DNA of 63,592 bases, the filler included, from Octopus bimaculoides (Eukaryota): the NCBI RefSeq assembly GCF_001194135.2. It is 5 parts of 4 records of this genome, joined end to end, with 100 filler letters (N's around TTAATTAATTAA, not from the genome) between each part and the next. Parts side by side here need not be neighbours in the genome. Positions count along the whole stretch, not along the records: positions 39,536 to 48,622 come from NC_068983.1; positions 48,723 to 57,852 come from NC_068989.1; 3 more parts are not named here. One strand, written 5' to 3'. Both the position numbers and the translations under genes were made by a program. This document shows positions 40,036-52,279 of this stretch, piece after piece; position 1 is the stretch's first letter; each line of letters begins with the position of its first letter. Under the pieces are notes generated by a model, which ran no database searches, was not told the origin of the DNA, and was given only the letters and a program-made list of their open reading frames with translations.

Positions 40036-41827
40036 TTGACATATATACACACATAGCCACTCATATACGTTGTGCGTTCGAAAAGTATGCGACTCAATTT
40101 TTTCTTCTCAAAAATAATGCCGAGAGTGTAGCCGGGAAAAGACGCGCCCTATAAACACGAAAATCTTCGCTAAGCGCCTTCCATACATGTATACATATTC
40201 ATTCACAAATACTCACACACACACAGAGAAACACACAAACACACACACTCACACTTTCATCAAATATATGAAGGTATAAAATAATAGGTAACACTAAAAA
40301 TATAGAATAAGATATATATAAAAGTGTATAGAATGGACAGAGAAGCTATTAAATCATACACTGTGTAATCAAATATTTCGGAATTTATTGATTATAAAAT
40401 TTACAAACAAATATAACGAATATACATATCCAGAAGGCCAATAGACAATGAGACACATCGCTTGAAATAATATTTAAATAGGATGCGTATACTTAGCTAT
40501 TTTACGTATGATTAGATAGGTGCTAAATAGTTAAAAATATGGTTTAAGTATTCGAAGCATATTAGGTAAACGGTTTAAAGCTTGAAAATATTTTCCCACT
40601 GTAGTACGAACATTTCCCACCAAGTTCACTACATTTGTTAAGGCTGTTACCTGATCATATAAGTATTTCCAATTATTCAATGCAGCACACCTTTCAGCCA
40701 TACAAGTCATTTCAATAGGGTAATGCATATCTTATAGTCGATGTAATTTATAATCTAATTTTTTTTGTCTCCCGCGAAATATGTAAAAATTAACCTTCTT
40801 TCGTCTAGTAAAGTGGAAGAAACATTATACAATCGCCGCTTGAATTTTCAAGAAGGTGAGCTAATGTCGGAAAACATGGCTAGATTAGTTATTACATCAT
40901 ATTTGTAGGTGATATTCTTATTGAGACAGTTGAGGTTTGTGAATTGAATTCTATACAGCTATATATTGGCTTTAAAGGTGATACACGACTAAGTTTTCTT
41001 CGTGCACTAATGATAGTACCTGATCTACAATAACACATAACATTACTGCTATATAAATGCATTTACAGCCTTTTTTTTTCTTTAATTTCGTGTCATAATC
41101 GTGGTTGTTCTGTAAGACACCAAACTTTATTTCTTTACCAGCTCAAAAAGAGGAATGCACATAAATAAATATATGCTATTGTTCGTATTGTTTCGTATAT
41201 GTAATTTTGCATCAAATCATAACTTCTCTGAGTAAATTATCTCATTCTTCTAGTAACTGCACCCAATAAGTAAGATATATTTCCTACATTTAATAATGTA
41301 TTTCTTTTTCTACAGTGAATAATTATTTTACTGCATTAACGCGATCCATGGATTTTCTATATAGCCAGTAATTTACCAAGGAAATGTCAATTATAAGTTG
41401 CCATATATTAATATATATCTTGTAAGACTGATATTAAGTATATTTTAATGTTAAAATAAAGAGGAAAGTAAAGAAGAGATGATAAAATAATTATCTGTTT
41501 GTAATTGAAATGTTACTGTACTAAGAGTTTAATTAATGAAATTAGATGTCTTCATAGATAAAAACTTTTATCTTATTCAGATTTTATTTCGTTCTGTTGA
41601 AATAGTCATTACCGAAAGCTGATAGTTTTCAACGTGTCATCGTAAATGGAAGTTTCTGTTTGTGTATGTGTGTGTATTAAGGTTCGATTTAATGTTCAAT
41701 TTTACATTAATCTGATATTCTGATAATTTACTCTATACATTCGCAGAGTATAAATTTATTATTCTGATACCAGGATGTTGTTGTCAATGACTTCGAAATT
41801 TCGCCCAGTTAAGCCATNNNNNNNNNN

Positions 41828-41881
<54 letters not shown>

Positions 41882-42019
41882 TATATATATATGAGTGGCT
41901 GTGTGGTAAGTAGCTTGCTTACCGACCACATAGCTCGCATGGTACAAATCAGAGCGATTTCGAGTATGTATTTGAACAGGATTGGCAGATTGAGGTATGC
42001 AGAGAATTATATATCTTAC

Positions 42020-42049
42020 CTCTGTTTATTATTTGACTCCACATTTTAC
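42020..42049 (-). CDS. Candidate 30-nt symmetric (phase 1/1) exon, xKMWSQIINR
   Basis: Acceptor ctttcactgtgtttctatAAG and donor GAG|GTAAGA; one open frame. Confidence 0.25.
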
Positions 42050-43094
42050 CTTATAGAAACACAGTGAAAGAATTTGTATAATCATTTTGCGTCAAGTTCA
42101 TTGAATGAGATTTTATTTGAGGTTTGTAGATTTAACACTTAAACGATGAGAAATTCGTGTTTCTTCTTATGAATGCAAGTTTCAGAGGTCGGTTCACCAT
42201 TGTAATAATACTTCAAATGGTAGGCAAATGCATTTTCATCTTACGGAATTCATTGACACAAACTGTAAATCTTAACCACTTAAAAAATAATATGATAATA
42301 TTTTCCCCTCCCTTTTCATCGTTTCTTTGTACTTTCTTGATTTTATTGATATGTTGCAGTCTATTCACGTGGCCTATAACTTAAACATTTCTACAACTAT
42401 AACAGTGTTATGCACATATCAGTGTGAGTTTCATTATATTTTGTGCAAATATACCTACCCTGATTATTCCAAAACCATACTATGTGGAGATACTAAAATC
42501 GGAGGATTGGTGTACTTCTACTTCCTTCTATTACTATAATTATAAAGAAGTCATCTCTTTTACAAGTGGTGAAATTGCTAAGAAAAGAAAAAAAAATCAT
42601 ACGATTGGAAAACCAAATAGCAATAAATAGCAAGCACAAAATTTATACTGGCACAGACCAATATTGTGCTTTCCTCGAATACTACAAAATTTTAAATAAA
42701 CCGAGATTTGCTATTACCGAATGAACAGCGTATGCTATCATTTTGTACAAGAAGTTTGGAAATAGCTAAAACCAAAAAAAAAAAAAAGAAAACAAAACAA
42801 AACAGGACACAATTCTGGCTCATCAACAGAAAGTTGTACAGAGTGAAATGGAACCTATTTCTGAAATTTAGACCGAGATACATCACATTAGGTCAATGAC
42901 ATTATACAGAAAAGCACACATACTAATGCACATTATGCACGCCCTTACATGAGATTTTCTTACACATGTATGTAATATGTATATATATCATCGACAGAAG
43001 TTAGAGAGTAAGTCAAAAGCTGAGTTCTTCGTGTATTGGCACTTATCAAACACTAATTTGTCAGTTGTCAGTCTGTAACTTCTGACATAATAAC

Positions 43095-43530
43095 TTCTAA
43101 AATACAAAATTTTGTCAAAAACTTAAAGTGTAAACCCTGTTCTATGTGACACATTCTATTAGTATCGGAAGTTTGAAAGTGTTTAGTTTAAAAAAAAATA
43201 GTTCAACAATCTGTACGTCTAATTGAATAGATCCGAAATCGATGAAAGGCAAAGTCGGCCTAGGCGGAATTTGAACTCAGAACGTAATGGCAGACAAAAT
43301 ACCGCTTCTAAAATACAAAATGTTGTCAAAAACGTTAAGAATAAACCTAGTTCTATATGACATATTCTACCAGGATCGGAAGTTTGAAAGTGTTTAGTTA
43401 AAAAAAGAATAATTAAATAATCTCTACGTCAAGTCGATCTCGGCAAAATTAGAACTCAACAACGTATAGACAGAGGAGATACGGTGGGCCATTTCGCCCG
43501 GCACGATAACGTTTCTGCCAGTTGGCAGCC
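43095..43530 (+). repeat. ~211-bp diverged tandem duplication (DNA-element fragment + family B SINE fragment)
   Basis: ttctaaaatacaaaat...ggaagtttgaaagtgtttagtt occurs at 43095 and 43306, each followed by SINE sequence. Confidence 0.8.
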
Positions 43531-43969
43531 TTAGGACATAATCATTCGTTTTAGAAATATATTCTTTATTCTTATATTCTTATTGCTGAAGCGTTACTCC
43601 GTTACTTCCTTACTTACTAACATGAAATTTCGTAAGATGTTACCTCATAACTATTTTTCTACTAATTTTTGTTCAATGCGACTAGCGATTCTAGCCTAAG
43701 AAAAGTATACTTTTAATTTAAAATTAAAACAAATTATGTTAATTGAAAATAAATATCTGCCTTACTGCCCCACTTGAGATTGCAGATATCTTGATGTAAC
43801 TTTTTTCTACTGAACCAAATATAAAACTATTTATGCCAAAGTGTAGCTGAGGAAGTATCCTCTTTAAAACTATTAACAGTTTGCAATTAATTTGAGAACG
43901 GAATTAGTGGTGAAGCTTAGAAGCTGCTGCGATTGACGAAATGGTAGACTTAACAATACATTCAACCTT

Positions 43970-44724
43970 TACCGTGTTTGAACGATGGATTGAAACCTGC
44001 GTGCCATCGGACAAGTCTGCAATTTGGGTGAAGAGGTTCCTCACAAAATTGTCGTGTCTAATTGCGTTCTTCTTTGCTGACACAGCTCAAGAATGAACTT
44101 TTTTTGGACCGAATAGTGACTGGTGAGAAGAAGTGGATTCTCTATAAAAATGTCAAGCGCCAAAGACAGTGGGTAGGGAAAGGAGAAACACCGACACTCC
44201 AGGCTAAAGACGGTCTACGCCCATGTCAGGTGCTGTTATCTCTCTGCTGAGATATGAAAGTGTTAGTCCACTTTGAACTTTTAAACTCAAACAAAACGAT
44301 AACTAAGGAGATTTACTACTAGCAGCTTGAGTGGCCTACGTCAGTGCTAGAAGAAAAACGACCATCTTTGGTTTAAAGATGAAAGGTGTTCTTCTATCAG
44401 GATAATGCTCGGCCACATACAATGAGGATGACATTCCAAAGGCTGGAGCAGTCTGAATGGGAAACGATGCCCCTCCCACTATATTCGCCTGACATTGCCC
44501 CATCTGATTATCACTTATTCCACAATCTTCAAAATCATTTGGATTGAAACAATATGAATTTTGTAGACTAGGTCAGAACAGTATTGGAGGAGTATTTTTT
44601 GTCACGGACAAGTGAATTTTGAAAGAGAGGCCTTGCAAGTGTACCAGCTATTAGAAAGAACTTTGTTTATCTTAATTCTGAAAAATAAAAGAAGTATAAA
44701 AAGCCGCAATATTTATGAGATGAC

Positions 44725-44728
<4 letters not shown>
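43970..44728 (+). mobile_element. Mariner (DD34D) pseudogene with right TIR
   Basis: FLDRIVTGEKKWILYKN, QDNARPHT, YSPDIAPSDYHLF; ends ccgcaatatttatgagatgacccaa|TA(n). Confidence 0.9.
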
Positions 44729-44807
<79 letters not shown>

Positions 44808-45639
44808 CCGTGAGTGTGTGTCTATATATAAAGATTCTTTTAGGTGAACCAGTGTGAATCGAGTGCAAGGCGATGAAAATTTTAACGTTTATTAACGATC
44901 ATTTTGCAAATCCAATTTCTATTATATTTGAGAATATCACTAAAATGATTTTGCAGAATACGTGTCGTATTTAAATATGTTTGTTAATTGCTGATAATTA
45001 AGCACCCGATATGATGGATACATTTGTTACGAAAATAATAATTAGAGAAGTTTTAATGGTGATAGAAATCTAATTCGCTATCTAATTAAGTAATATATTC
45101 AAGACTACGTGATATGCAAATCTTCTAATGCTTCATTTTTTGTTCTGCGTTCAGTTTGAAATACGTTCATAATTTAAACTCTGATGTATTGAGAAGAATT
45201 ATTATTCGGTTATTTACAACACATAATCTTAGATTTATTTAGATATATTTACATTCAATCCTATTGATACCATCGTTGGTTTTTGTTTCATAGTCATTGT
45301 ATAAGATATCAAAGATATTATTTATGTGTAGAATATATGGATGACAGATTTGCTAACTTCACACTGAAAAACCTAGCAATTCTGTCATTAAGAGAAATAA
45401 ATGTTTACAGAGTTGACTTGACGACAATAAACTTGCAAAGTGTGCTTAGTTCATGCAAGTTTACTATATATAAAACTATTAAAACGTGAAATCACAAGAA
45501 AAACTCTTTCTCGCAAACAGATAATCTTTAATATTTCTTCGTCTTTTATTGTTCTTTTTTAAACAGATTATTATTTTGTCTTATTCACGTAAGTGTTGTT
45601 GATATTGTGGTTATAGTTCCAGCTCAAACACCTGTGCCT

Positions 45640-45968
45640 TCGTAAGAACCTTAATTCCAAATGATCACATGCTCCATCCCACTGTGTGGAACGTCGTGGA
45701 CGTGCATTACGCTACACTACTGGGCTAACCAAAGGATTGAGGGGACACTATAACAGAATCTGATAGAAGTCAGTTCTATATATATATGTAAATATTTATG
45801 TGTGTGTCTTTGTGTCTGTGTTTGCCCTTTCCACCCATCTCATGACAACCGATGTTGGTGTGTTTACATCTCCGTAATATAGCAGTCCAGGGGTCGATTT
45901 CTACGACTAAAAGGTAGTGTTTCAGCATGGCTGCAATCAAATGACTGAAACAACTAACAGAATAAAAG
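45640..45968 (+). mobile_element. Decayed family A SINE
   Basis: Body 45800-45968 is clear; head is degenerate. Confidence 0.7.
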
Positions 45969-46447
45969 AATATATATATATATNNNNNNNNNNNNNNNNN
46001 NNNNNNNNNNNNNNNNNNNNNNNNNNNNNNNNNNNNNNNNNNNNNNNNNNNNNNNNTTTTGGCCAAGCTATCTTATTTCCAGCTGCTTCTCAAAGTATAG
46101 TACAACGGTTTCGCTATGGAATGGTGAAACTATTTTATTATTATTTTGGGGGATTTCTGAAAAAACAATGTTTTGGACTTACGCAAAGATATATATCTAT
46201 GGATATATATATATATATCAGTGAATGGACAAACAAAAGAAAGGACATTCGACACATTTTGGGGGAATTACATGTATTATTCTAAACAGTTTGATCCAGA
46301 TTCCATGCTAATTCGAGTTTCGAAGAGCCTAACGAATCCTTTTTCAGCAGAATGGTAATAATCCGAATCAATGATTATTGCCAACCTGACGAGAAAGCTT
46401 CCGTTAAGGCCTTTGAAACTTGAAGTAGCATGAAATATGAAACAATA

Positions 46448-46450
46448 GTA

Positions 46451-46520
<70 letters not shown>

Positions 46521-46524
46521 AATA

Positions 46525-46572
<48 letters not shown>
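46448..46572 (+). repeat. (TCTA)n then (GA)n microsatellites
   Basis: Direct reading. Confidence 0.95.
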
Positions 46573-47104
46573 TAAAGAGATTGATAATGATAGAGATAAA
46601 TGTTATGTGTAAATATACATTTATATATAGTTACATATATATGTAAATGCATACATTACATTCAAACATGCACATGCAAACTTATTTTCTGTGTGTGTGT
46701 GTTTTAAGCGTTTAAGCGTGTATAATATTATTCACATTATAAGATCATGTACTTGAATCTTCAAAAATTATGTTAATCAAAATTTGCATATTTATGTAGA
46801 TATAAAATTGTAAAATACATACATGTGTCGTTTAGAATATTATAACAAGCCAAAATTAATTCTTTTCACGGTAGTCTTCAAAATGTTTTTCGCGTATATT
46901 ATCATAAATTTCATCTGAAATTTCTAATTTAATCACATTTCTATCTTCTTTTTATCTTTACTTTGCATAAGAGTATTAGTGGAATCTTATCTCCAATTTC
47001 TATCGCTACAAGAATACGTAAAACTTTAAAGTAAGTTTTGTAAATACAATTTAAATATAATATGAAGCGCTGATGAAATCTCCATTAGCCGAATAAGATA
47101 CTTT

Positions 47105-47634
47105 CATGCAAGTAGACCAAAATGTGGTATATTTTTCAACACCTGCTCCCAAGACCCAACTTGCGAACCAGGTAATTTTCCTATTGCTGTTGCAATGCTT
47201 GGATCCCACTGCTGAAGGAGCTTTCCTCCTGTTCGTGAAAAGTCTTCAGAAGATATGACATCATCTTCACTACGATACTGGCTCCTAGCCAAACATTTTT
47301 CATGTTAGGCCATAAATCATAGCTCTAAAAAGCAAAATTAGAGGAATAGGGTGAGTGATCAACTTCTTCGCAGCTACAGTCACAGTCAGCAGCGACTGAA
47401 AGCAAGTACTTGTTTTCATGAGCGTATAGTCTTGATAGACTTTTGTAACTTCTTCAGAATGTTGGTATAGTATTTTCCATTGGTGGTATGGCCCTTTTGA
47501 AAATATTCTACAAACACAATGCATGTTGCATTCCCCAAATCTGACGCTGTCACCTTCTCTGCACATGAAAAGGACTAGATCGACCTTGGAGCAGTTGATG
47601 AGGCGTGTTTCCACATCATGGATTGTCTCGTCTC
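47105..47634 (-). mobile_element. Mariner (irritans-like) transposase remnant
   Basis: ETRQSMMWKH...KVTAS..G..IVFVEYFQKGHTTNGKYY..., then HSPYS; frameshifted. Confidence 0.75.
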
Positions 47635-47799
47635 NNNNNNNNNNNNNNNNNNNNNNNNNNNNNNNNNNNNNNNNNNNNNNNNNNNNNNNNNNNNNNNNNN
47701 NNNNNNNNNNNNNNNNNNNNNNNNNNNNNNNNNNTCCAAGTCTGTTTCGTTTTTTTCCGTCCCTATTTGATCCTTTATTCTCCTCCTGTGGTCCGGGAT

Positions 47800-48060
47800 C
47801 ATGGGGGCATGATTTCCAATGCTTTTTCGTTGCAATTTTACCTCGGATCGGGCTGCAAAGCCCATTGATTGCTTATAATTTTGATGATGTCATGTTTTTT
47901 TTTTTAGCAGAAGGTTTTGGTCAAAAAATACATTTTGTTTTATCATAAGTGTTTTGGTCGGTCGGTTGGCTCCCTGTACAAGTTTTGGCTGAGTGCAGCT
48001 TTCGTGACGTCACTTATTTTATTATGATAAAGAATATTCTCCGTCTTCGTACAACCTGCT
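47800..48060 (-). mobile_element. Penelope-like RT C-terminal remnant
   Basis: DVT....NLYREPTDRP and IIKIISNQWALQPDP resemble PLE motifs LYxKPTD and IIKKxWHILxSDP. Confidence 0.45.
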
Positions 48061-48279
48061 TTTGTTTTGGTCAAGTTCAGCGTTCTGCTAGGTTGACTTC
48101 CCTATATATAGACCCATGCGTAGCTGTGTGGTGAGAACTTTGCTTCTCAGCCCGATGGTTTCGGGTTCGACCCAACATCCTGTCACCTCTGGCAGTTATC
48201 TGTTACTATAGCCACGGGCCTACCACAGCATTGTGAGCGAATATGTTGTGTGTATGTGTGTGTGTCTCACAGATTTTGC

Positions 48280-48520
48280 AGTTGTGCTTGCCTCCCATTT
48301 CCCGTTTTACAACCTGTATTTTATGCAGTTCTATATTTAAGAGATGTGGAATTATATACATTATTTACATTATTTACATTTGACGGATATTCGTCCTCAT
48401 CTTGTTTGTTGTTAACACAAAGTTTCGGCTGATATACTCTCCAGCATTTATCAGGTGTCTTGGGGGAAATTTCGAACTTGGCTTCTCATTCCTAAGGTAT
48501 TTTTCGATGTTATAATTATA
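48280..48520 (-). mobile_element. PLE/retrozyme-like repeat carrying a degenerate minimal hammerhead ribozyme
   Basis: Minus strand 48459-48414: gacac CTGATAA atgctgg agagtata tcagcc GAAAC ttt gtgtt; stem I gacac/gtgtt, stem II gctgg/tcagc. Confidence 0.6.
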
Positions 48521-48572
48521 TTAATAATAATTATTATTATTGTTATTAATATTATTAATATTGTTATTATTA

Positions 48573-48622
<50 letters not shown>

Positions 48623-48750
48623 NNNNNNNNNNNNNNNNNNNNNNNNNNNNNNNNNNNNNNNNNNNNTTAATTAATTAANNNNNNNNNNNNNNNNNNNNNN
48701 NNNNNNNNNNNNNNNNNNNNNNTTATAATTATTTTCATTTATGCACCCTT

Positions 48751-49037
48751 TTAAAGCCTAGCCAGGCTCATGGGCTCGGTTTCTATGGCATATGTGTTCC
48801 TCCACAGCTGGACGGGACGCCAGTCCATTGCAGCTTTACTCAAGAAACAGGAAGAAAGAGTGAGAGAAAGTTGGGGCGAAAGAGTACAACAGGGATCGCC
48901 ACCACCCCTTGCCGGAGCCTCGTGGAGCTTTAGGCGTTTTCGCTCAATAAACACACACAACGCCCGGTCTGGGAATCGAAACCGCGATCCTATGACCGCG
49001 AGTCCGCTGCCCTAACCACTGGGCTATTGCGCCTCCA
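48751..49037 (-). mobile_element. V-domain-type tRNA SINE, well preserved
   Basis: Head gcaatagcccagtggttagggcagcggactcgc...ggtttcgattccc (A/B boxes); body atggactggcgtcccgtccag. Confidence 0.85.
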
Positions 49038-49059
49038 CAATATTTATAATAATGTCAAA

Positions 49060-49317
49060 TAAAAGACAAAAAAAAAATCTTCTTCTCGAGTCAGAGGCTC
49101 ATAAAGCATTTCCTCCGGATTCTGTAGCATGTATATTCCCTCCCTGACGGGACAACGGTCCGTCAGAAGATTACTTATTTTTGGCAGTCGTATGGACTCG
49201 AACAACGTGAAATGACGCGTTTTGTTCAAGAATACAATGCGTCTCTCGATTCAAGAATCGAAACCATAATCTTACGACCAGATGTCCAACACCCTAACTA
49301 CTAAGCCACGCGCCTCA
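49060..49317 (-). mobile_element. Second V-type SINE, more decayed
   Basis: ggcttagtagttagggtgttg...ggtttcgattc...acggaccgttgtcccgtc. Confidence 0.75.
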
Positions 49318-49480
49318 GCAATATCAAATAAGTATAAGGTTAACCTTTTTCTTGGGGCAACGGCATTTTAAAAAATATATTAGAAAGAGGAATGATAATT
49401 TCGACGTAATTTGATCTCAGTTAATGAAACTAATTGTTTGTTAATTTAAAAAAATTAATTTACCATCTCTACCTACTCAC

Positions 49481-49543
49481 CAATACTGTAATAAAGCCAG
49501 CTTTTATCACCGCTCATGGGTAACTGGGTATTGTGAAATAAGA
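49481..49543 (-). CDS. Candidate exon downstream of 50147, frame unresolved
   Basis: Strong T-tract acceptor (tttttccaatttcAAG, alternative cccAG at 49523) and donor TTG|GTGAGT. One frame reads LFHNTQLPMSGDKSWLYYSI; another reads ...YP*AVIKAGFITVL. Confidence 0.3.
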
Positions 49544-50146
49544 CTTGAAATTGGAAAAAAAAAAAAATGTATGTATATGTGTCACCAAGAGTTGTTTTTT
49601 TTTTTTTTGCATTAAATCCCGACATAATCGTAATCTATACAATCTGAAAAGTATTTATAGAAAATTTCATTATGAAATACCAATTTTTTCTGAAAAGTTT
49701 CGAGATAGGAAAATCGGCTCAAGTGAGCTATCCAAAACTCTCCGCTACTCTGTAAAAAAAAAAATTCGCAACACATTCACACATAATTGGAATCTGTACT
49801 ATGGGAAAGGTATTTGTAGAAAATTTCATTTAAAGTTATCCACTTTTCTGAAAGTTATAAGGAAACATCGTCGCAGAAGGGGAACGCGGTGGTGTAGGTA
49901 TGCCAAAGAATATCCAGTCGTTCTCTTGCTGTTTTTCTTTTTTAGTCAGTATACTTCAAAATAATAAATATCGTCTGCTACGTAAGATTATATATAATCA
50001 TTTTTAGCTATATATAATCACGTATAACTTAATAGCATCAGGTGGTGCTATTAAGTTAGACATCGCCTAGGCCAATGCTGGCCGAAACTTATGTAACATG
50101 ACATACAAAAATGAAAAAAAAAAAACCCACATATGGGCGTATTTAC

Positions 50147-50304
50147 CAGTCTGAAAGCTTCTGTAATACCGAGAGAAAATAGAACTGCTTAAATCCTAGC
50201 GAGTCTTCGCAATTTTCGACAAGGTCTACATGGCTTTCTCCTCTAGACACACCACTAGATGACTGCAACAAAGGGCGCCTTTCTTCTGCATTACTGACTC
50301 CCAT
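50147..50304 (-). CDS. Candidate first coding exon of an endolysosomal membrane protein (weak mucolipin/TRPML resemblance)
   Basis: Acceptor tattcttctAG at 50330, Kozak atcATGG, MGVSNAEERRPLLQSSSG...FKQFYFLSVLQKLSD, donor TG|GTAAAT. Unique sequence with protein-like composition. Confidence 0.5.
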
Positions 50305-50787
50305 GATATTATTAGAAGTATATAGATAACTAGAAGAATATTTAGACAAAGAGAAAAATACGTCGAAATCGTTGGCAGTGGCGAGTGAAATCACATTTAA
50401 TACGACCACAAATCAACAGACTTCAATAAGATTGTGAGCCTCGGTCGAAGCTCTGGTTACATTCTAGATTTTACTTATTTATTATTTTCTTTATTTTTTC
50501 ACACTTGATGACAATCAGCGGCCAATGGTCCAATCTTATTGTGGACGTTATTGTTAACTTATTGTTCCTTTCTAGCAGTAAGAACTAATAAACATCAATC
50601 AATGTGAAGAGGCAGAAGAGAAATGTGCCATTCGAAACCAACCAAGGAGGTGGTTATATACGTATACATACACACACATACATACGTACATATATAACGA
50701 CTGGTGTTTTTGTTTAATTGTTAATAGTAAAGTAACAGTAATGATAATCTTAGTAATAATAATAATAATAATAATAAGCCTTTCGGC

Positions 50788-50989
50788 TAAAGGCACACGG
50801 CCTGAAATTTGGCGGGAGGAGGTAAGTCTATCACATCAACCCACTTGACTGGTACTTAATTTATCGACACCGAAAAGATGAAAGGCAAAGTTAACCTCGT
50901 CGGAAATTGGACTCAGAACGTAAAGACGGAAGAAATGCCGCTAAGCATTTTGTTCGGCGTGCCAACAACTCTGCTAGCTCACCGCCTTA
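50788..50989 (-). mobile_element. Family B SINE flanked by (AAT)n
   Basis: Match to 14852-15053. Confidence 0.88.
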
Positions 50990-51213
50990 ATAGTAGTTTT
51001 NNNNNNNNNNNNNNNNNNNNNNNNNNNNNNNNNNNNNNNNNNNNNNNNNNNNNNNNNNNNNNNNNNNNNNNNNNNNNNNNNNNNNNNNNNNNNNNNNNNN
51101 NNNNNNNNNNNNNNNNNNNNNNNNNNNNNNNNNNNNNNNNNNNNNNNNNNNNNNNNNNNNNNNNNNNNNNNNNNNNNNNNNNNNNNNNNNNNNNNNNNNN
51201 NNNNNNNNNNNNN

Positions 51214-51368
51214 CCCCAGTCCTCAGTTGGTACTTATTTCTATATAACCCAAAAAGATAAAAGGCAAAGTCAATAATCGGTGGAATTTGAACTCAGAAAC
51301 GTAAAGACTAACGAAATGCTGCGAAGGATTTTTGCCCGGCGTGCTAACGATTCTGCCAGCTTGCGACT
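51214..51368 (-). mobile_element. Family B SINE (5' part)
   Basis: ggcgtgctaacgattctgccagct; gaatttgaactcag. Confidence 0.85.
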
Positions 51369-51449
51369 TAGTAATAATTGTGATAATAATTTTAACAAAA
51401 ATAATGGCAGTAGCAAATGCTAGTAACAAAATCGCTAACCAACGAGAGA

Positions 51450-51660
51450 GAGAGTACGTGATAGCTTGACCTGCTAGACACGGTTACCAAATGTTCCTCA
51501 AGTTATACCCTAAAAAATACCCCAACAAAAATGAGACATTGGATAATATGGTCTTAGGTGCACTGTACTATACTTAAGAAGACAAGATGGTCATATCTGG
51601 AATGCCTTTAATCATAGGTCTGTCCGATCAGGTATAAACAAACAACGACATCAACAACTA
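51450..51660 (+). mobile_element. Family C repeat ending in (AAC)n-like tail
   Basis: Similar to 58355-58560 and 38215-38430. Confidence 0.7.
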
Positions 51661-52009
51661 ACAAAGAATTTATTTCGGAATATTGACGGCGTCTGAACGT
51701 TCTCGACTTTAACGAAAGTCAAGAATCTCTCTCTCTCTCTCTCTCTCTCTCCCTCTCTCTCTCTCTCTCACACACACAAGTGCCTTTTTTCTCAATCTAG
51801 AAGGCATTGATTAACTTCCATGTTAAGTCCTAATTAGCTTTCTATATGCGAAATACCATCTATTTTTATTCACACACATTGTCCAACGTGTCCTTCCATC
51901 TTTCATGACGAAAATCTGGGTAAGTTTCGAGGTAGATTTAGCCATTGTTTCTAGCGTATCAAACAACTGGAGAAGTTAAAAATAATTCATATTCATTTAC
52001 CATTATTCT

Positions 52010-52230
52010 GGTATTGTGGTTAGGGGTATTGAACTCGTGATCAAAAGACTGAGGTTTCGATTCCTGGAGCGGGCGATGCGTTATGTTATTGAGCAAAACA
52101 CTTCATTTCACGTTGATCCAGTCCACCCAGCTAATAATGATAAAATGAACAATCCTGCAACGGACCGGTGTCCCGTCCAAGGAGGAATTTATACGCCAGA
52201 GGAACCGGGAAAACAGTCCTCTGCTTCCTT
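52010..52230 (+). mobile_element. V-type SINE
   Basis: tgtggttaggggtattg...ggtttcgattcctgga...gagcaaaacacttc...ggtgtcccgtcca. Confidence 0.75.
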
Positions 52231-52279
52231 ACAGAGTGATGTGAACTAACCATTATTCGGTTTACATAGACATTTGTTG

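Noticed and set aside
40531-40728. 65-aa protein-like ORF
   Set aside because: No recognisable domain and a poor acceptor; not distinguishable from chance.
42157-42630. Hydrophobic same-frame ORFs as a GPCR pseudogene
   Set aside because: Two stops, no DRY/NPxxY motifs; hydrophobicity is expected from T-rich DNA.
46972-47030. Plus-strand 59-nt exon candidate (SISGILSPISIATRIRKTL)
   Set aside because: Good splice signals but isolated, on the opposite strand to other candidates and with no homology; unsupported.
47066-47100. Hammerhead-like CTGATGA...GAAT (similar partial cores at 9131 and 59230)
   Set aside because: No GAAA plus stem III and no stem I pairing.
48960-49035. tRNA gene (also other SINE heads)
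   Set aside because: A/B boxes are present but there is no complete acceptor stem or terminator, and the sequence continues into a SINE body.
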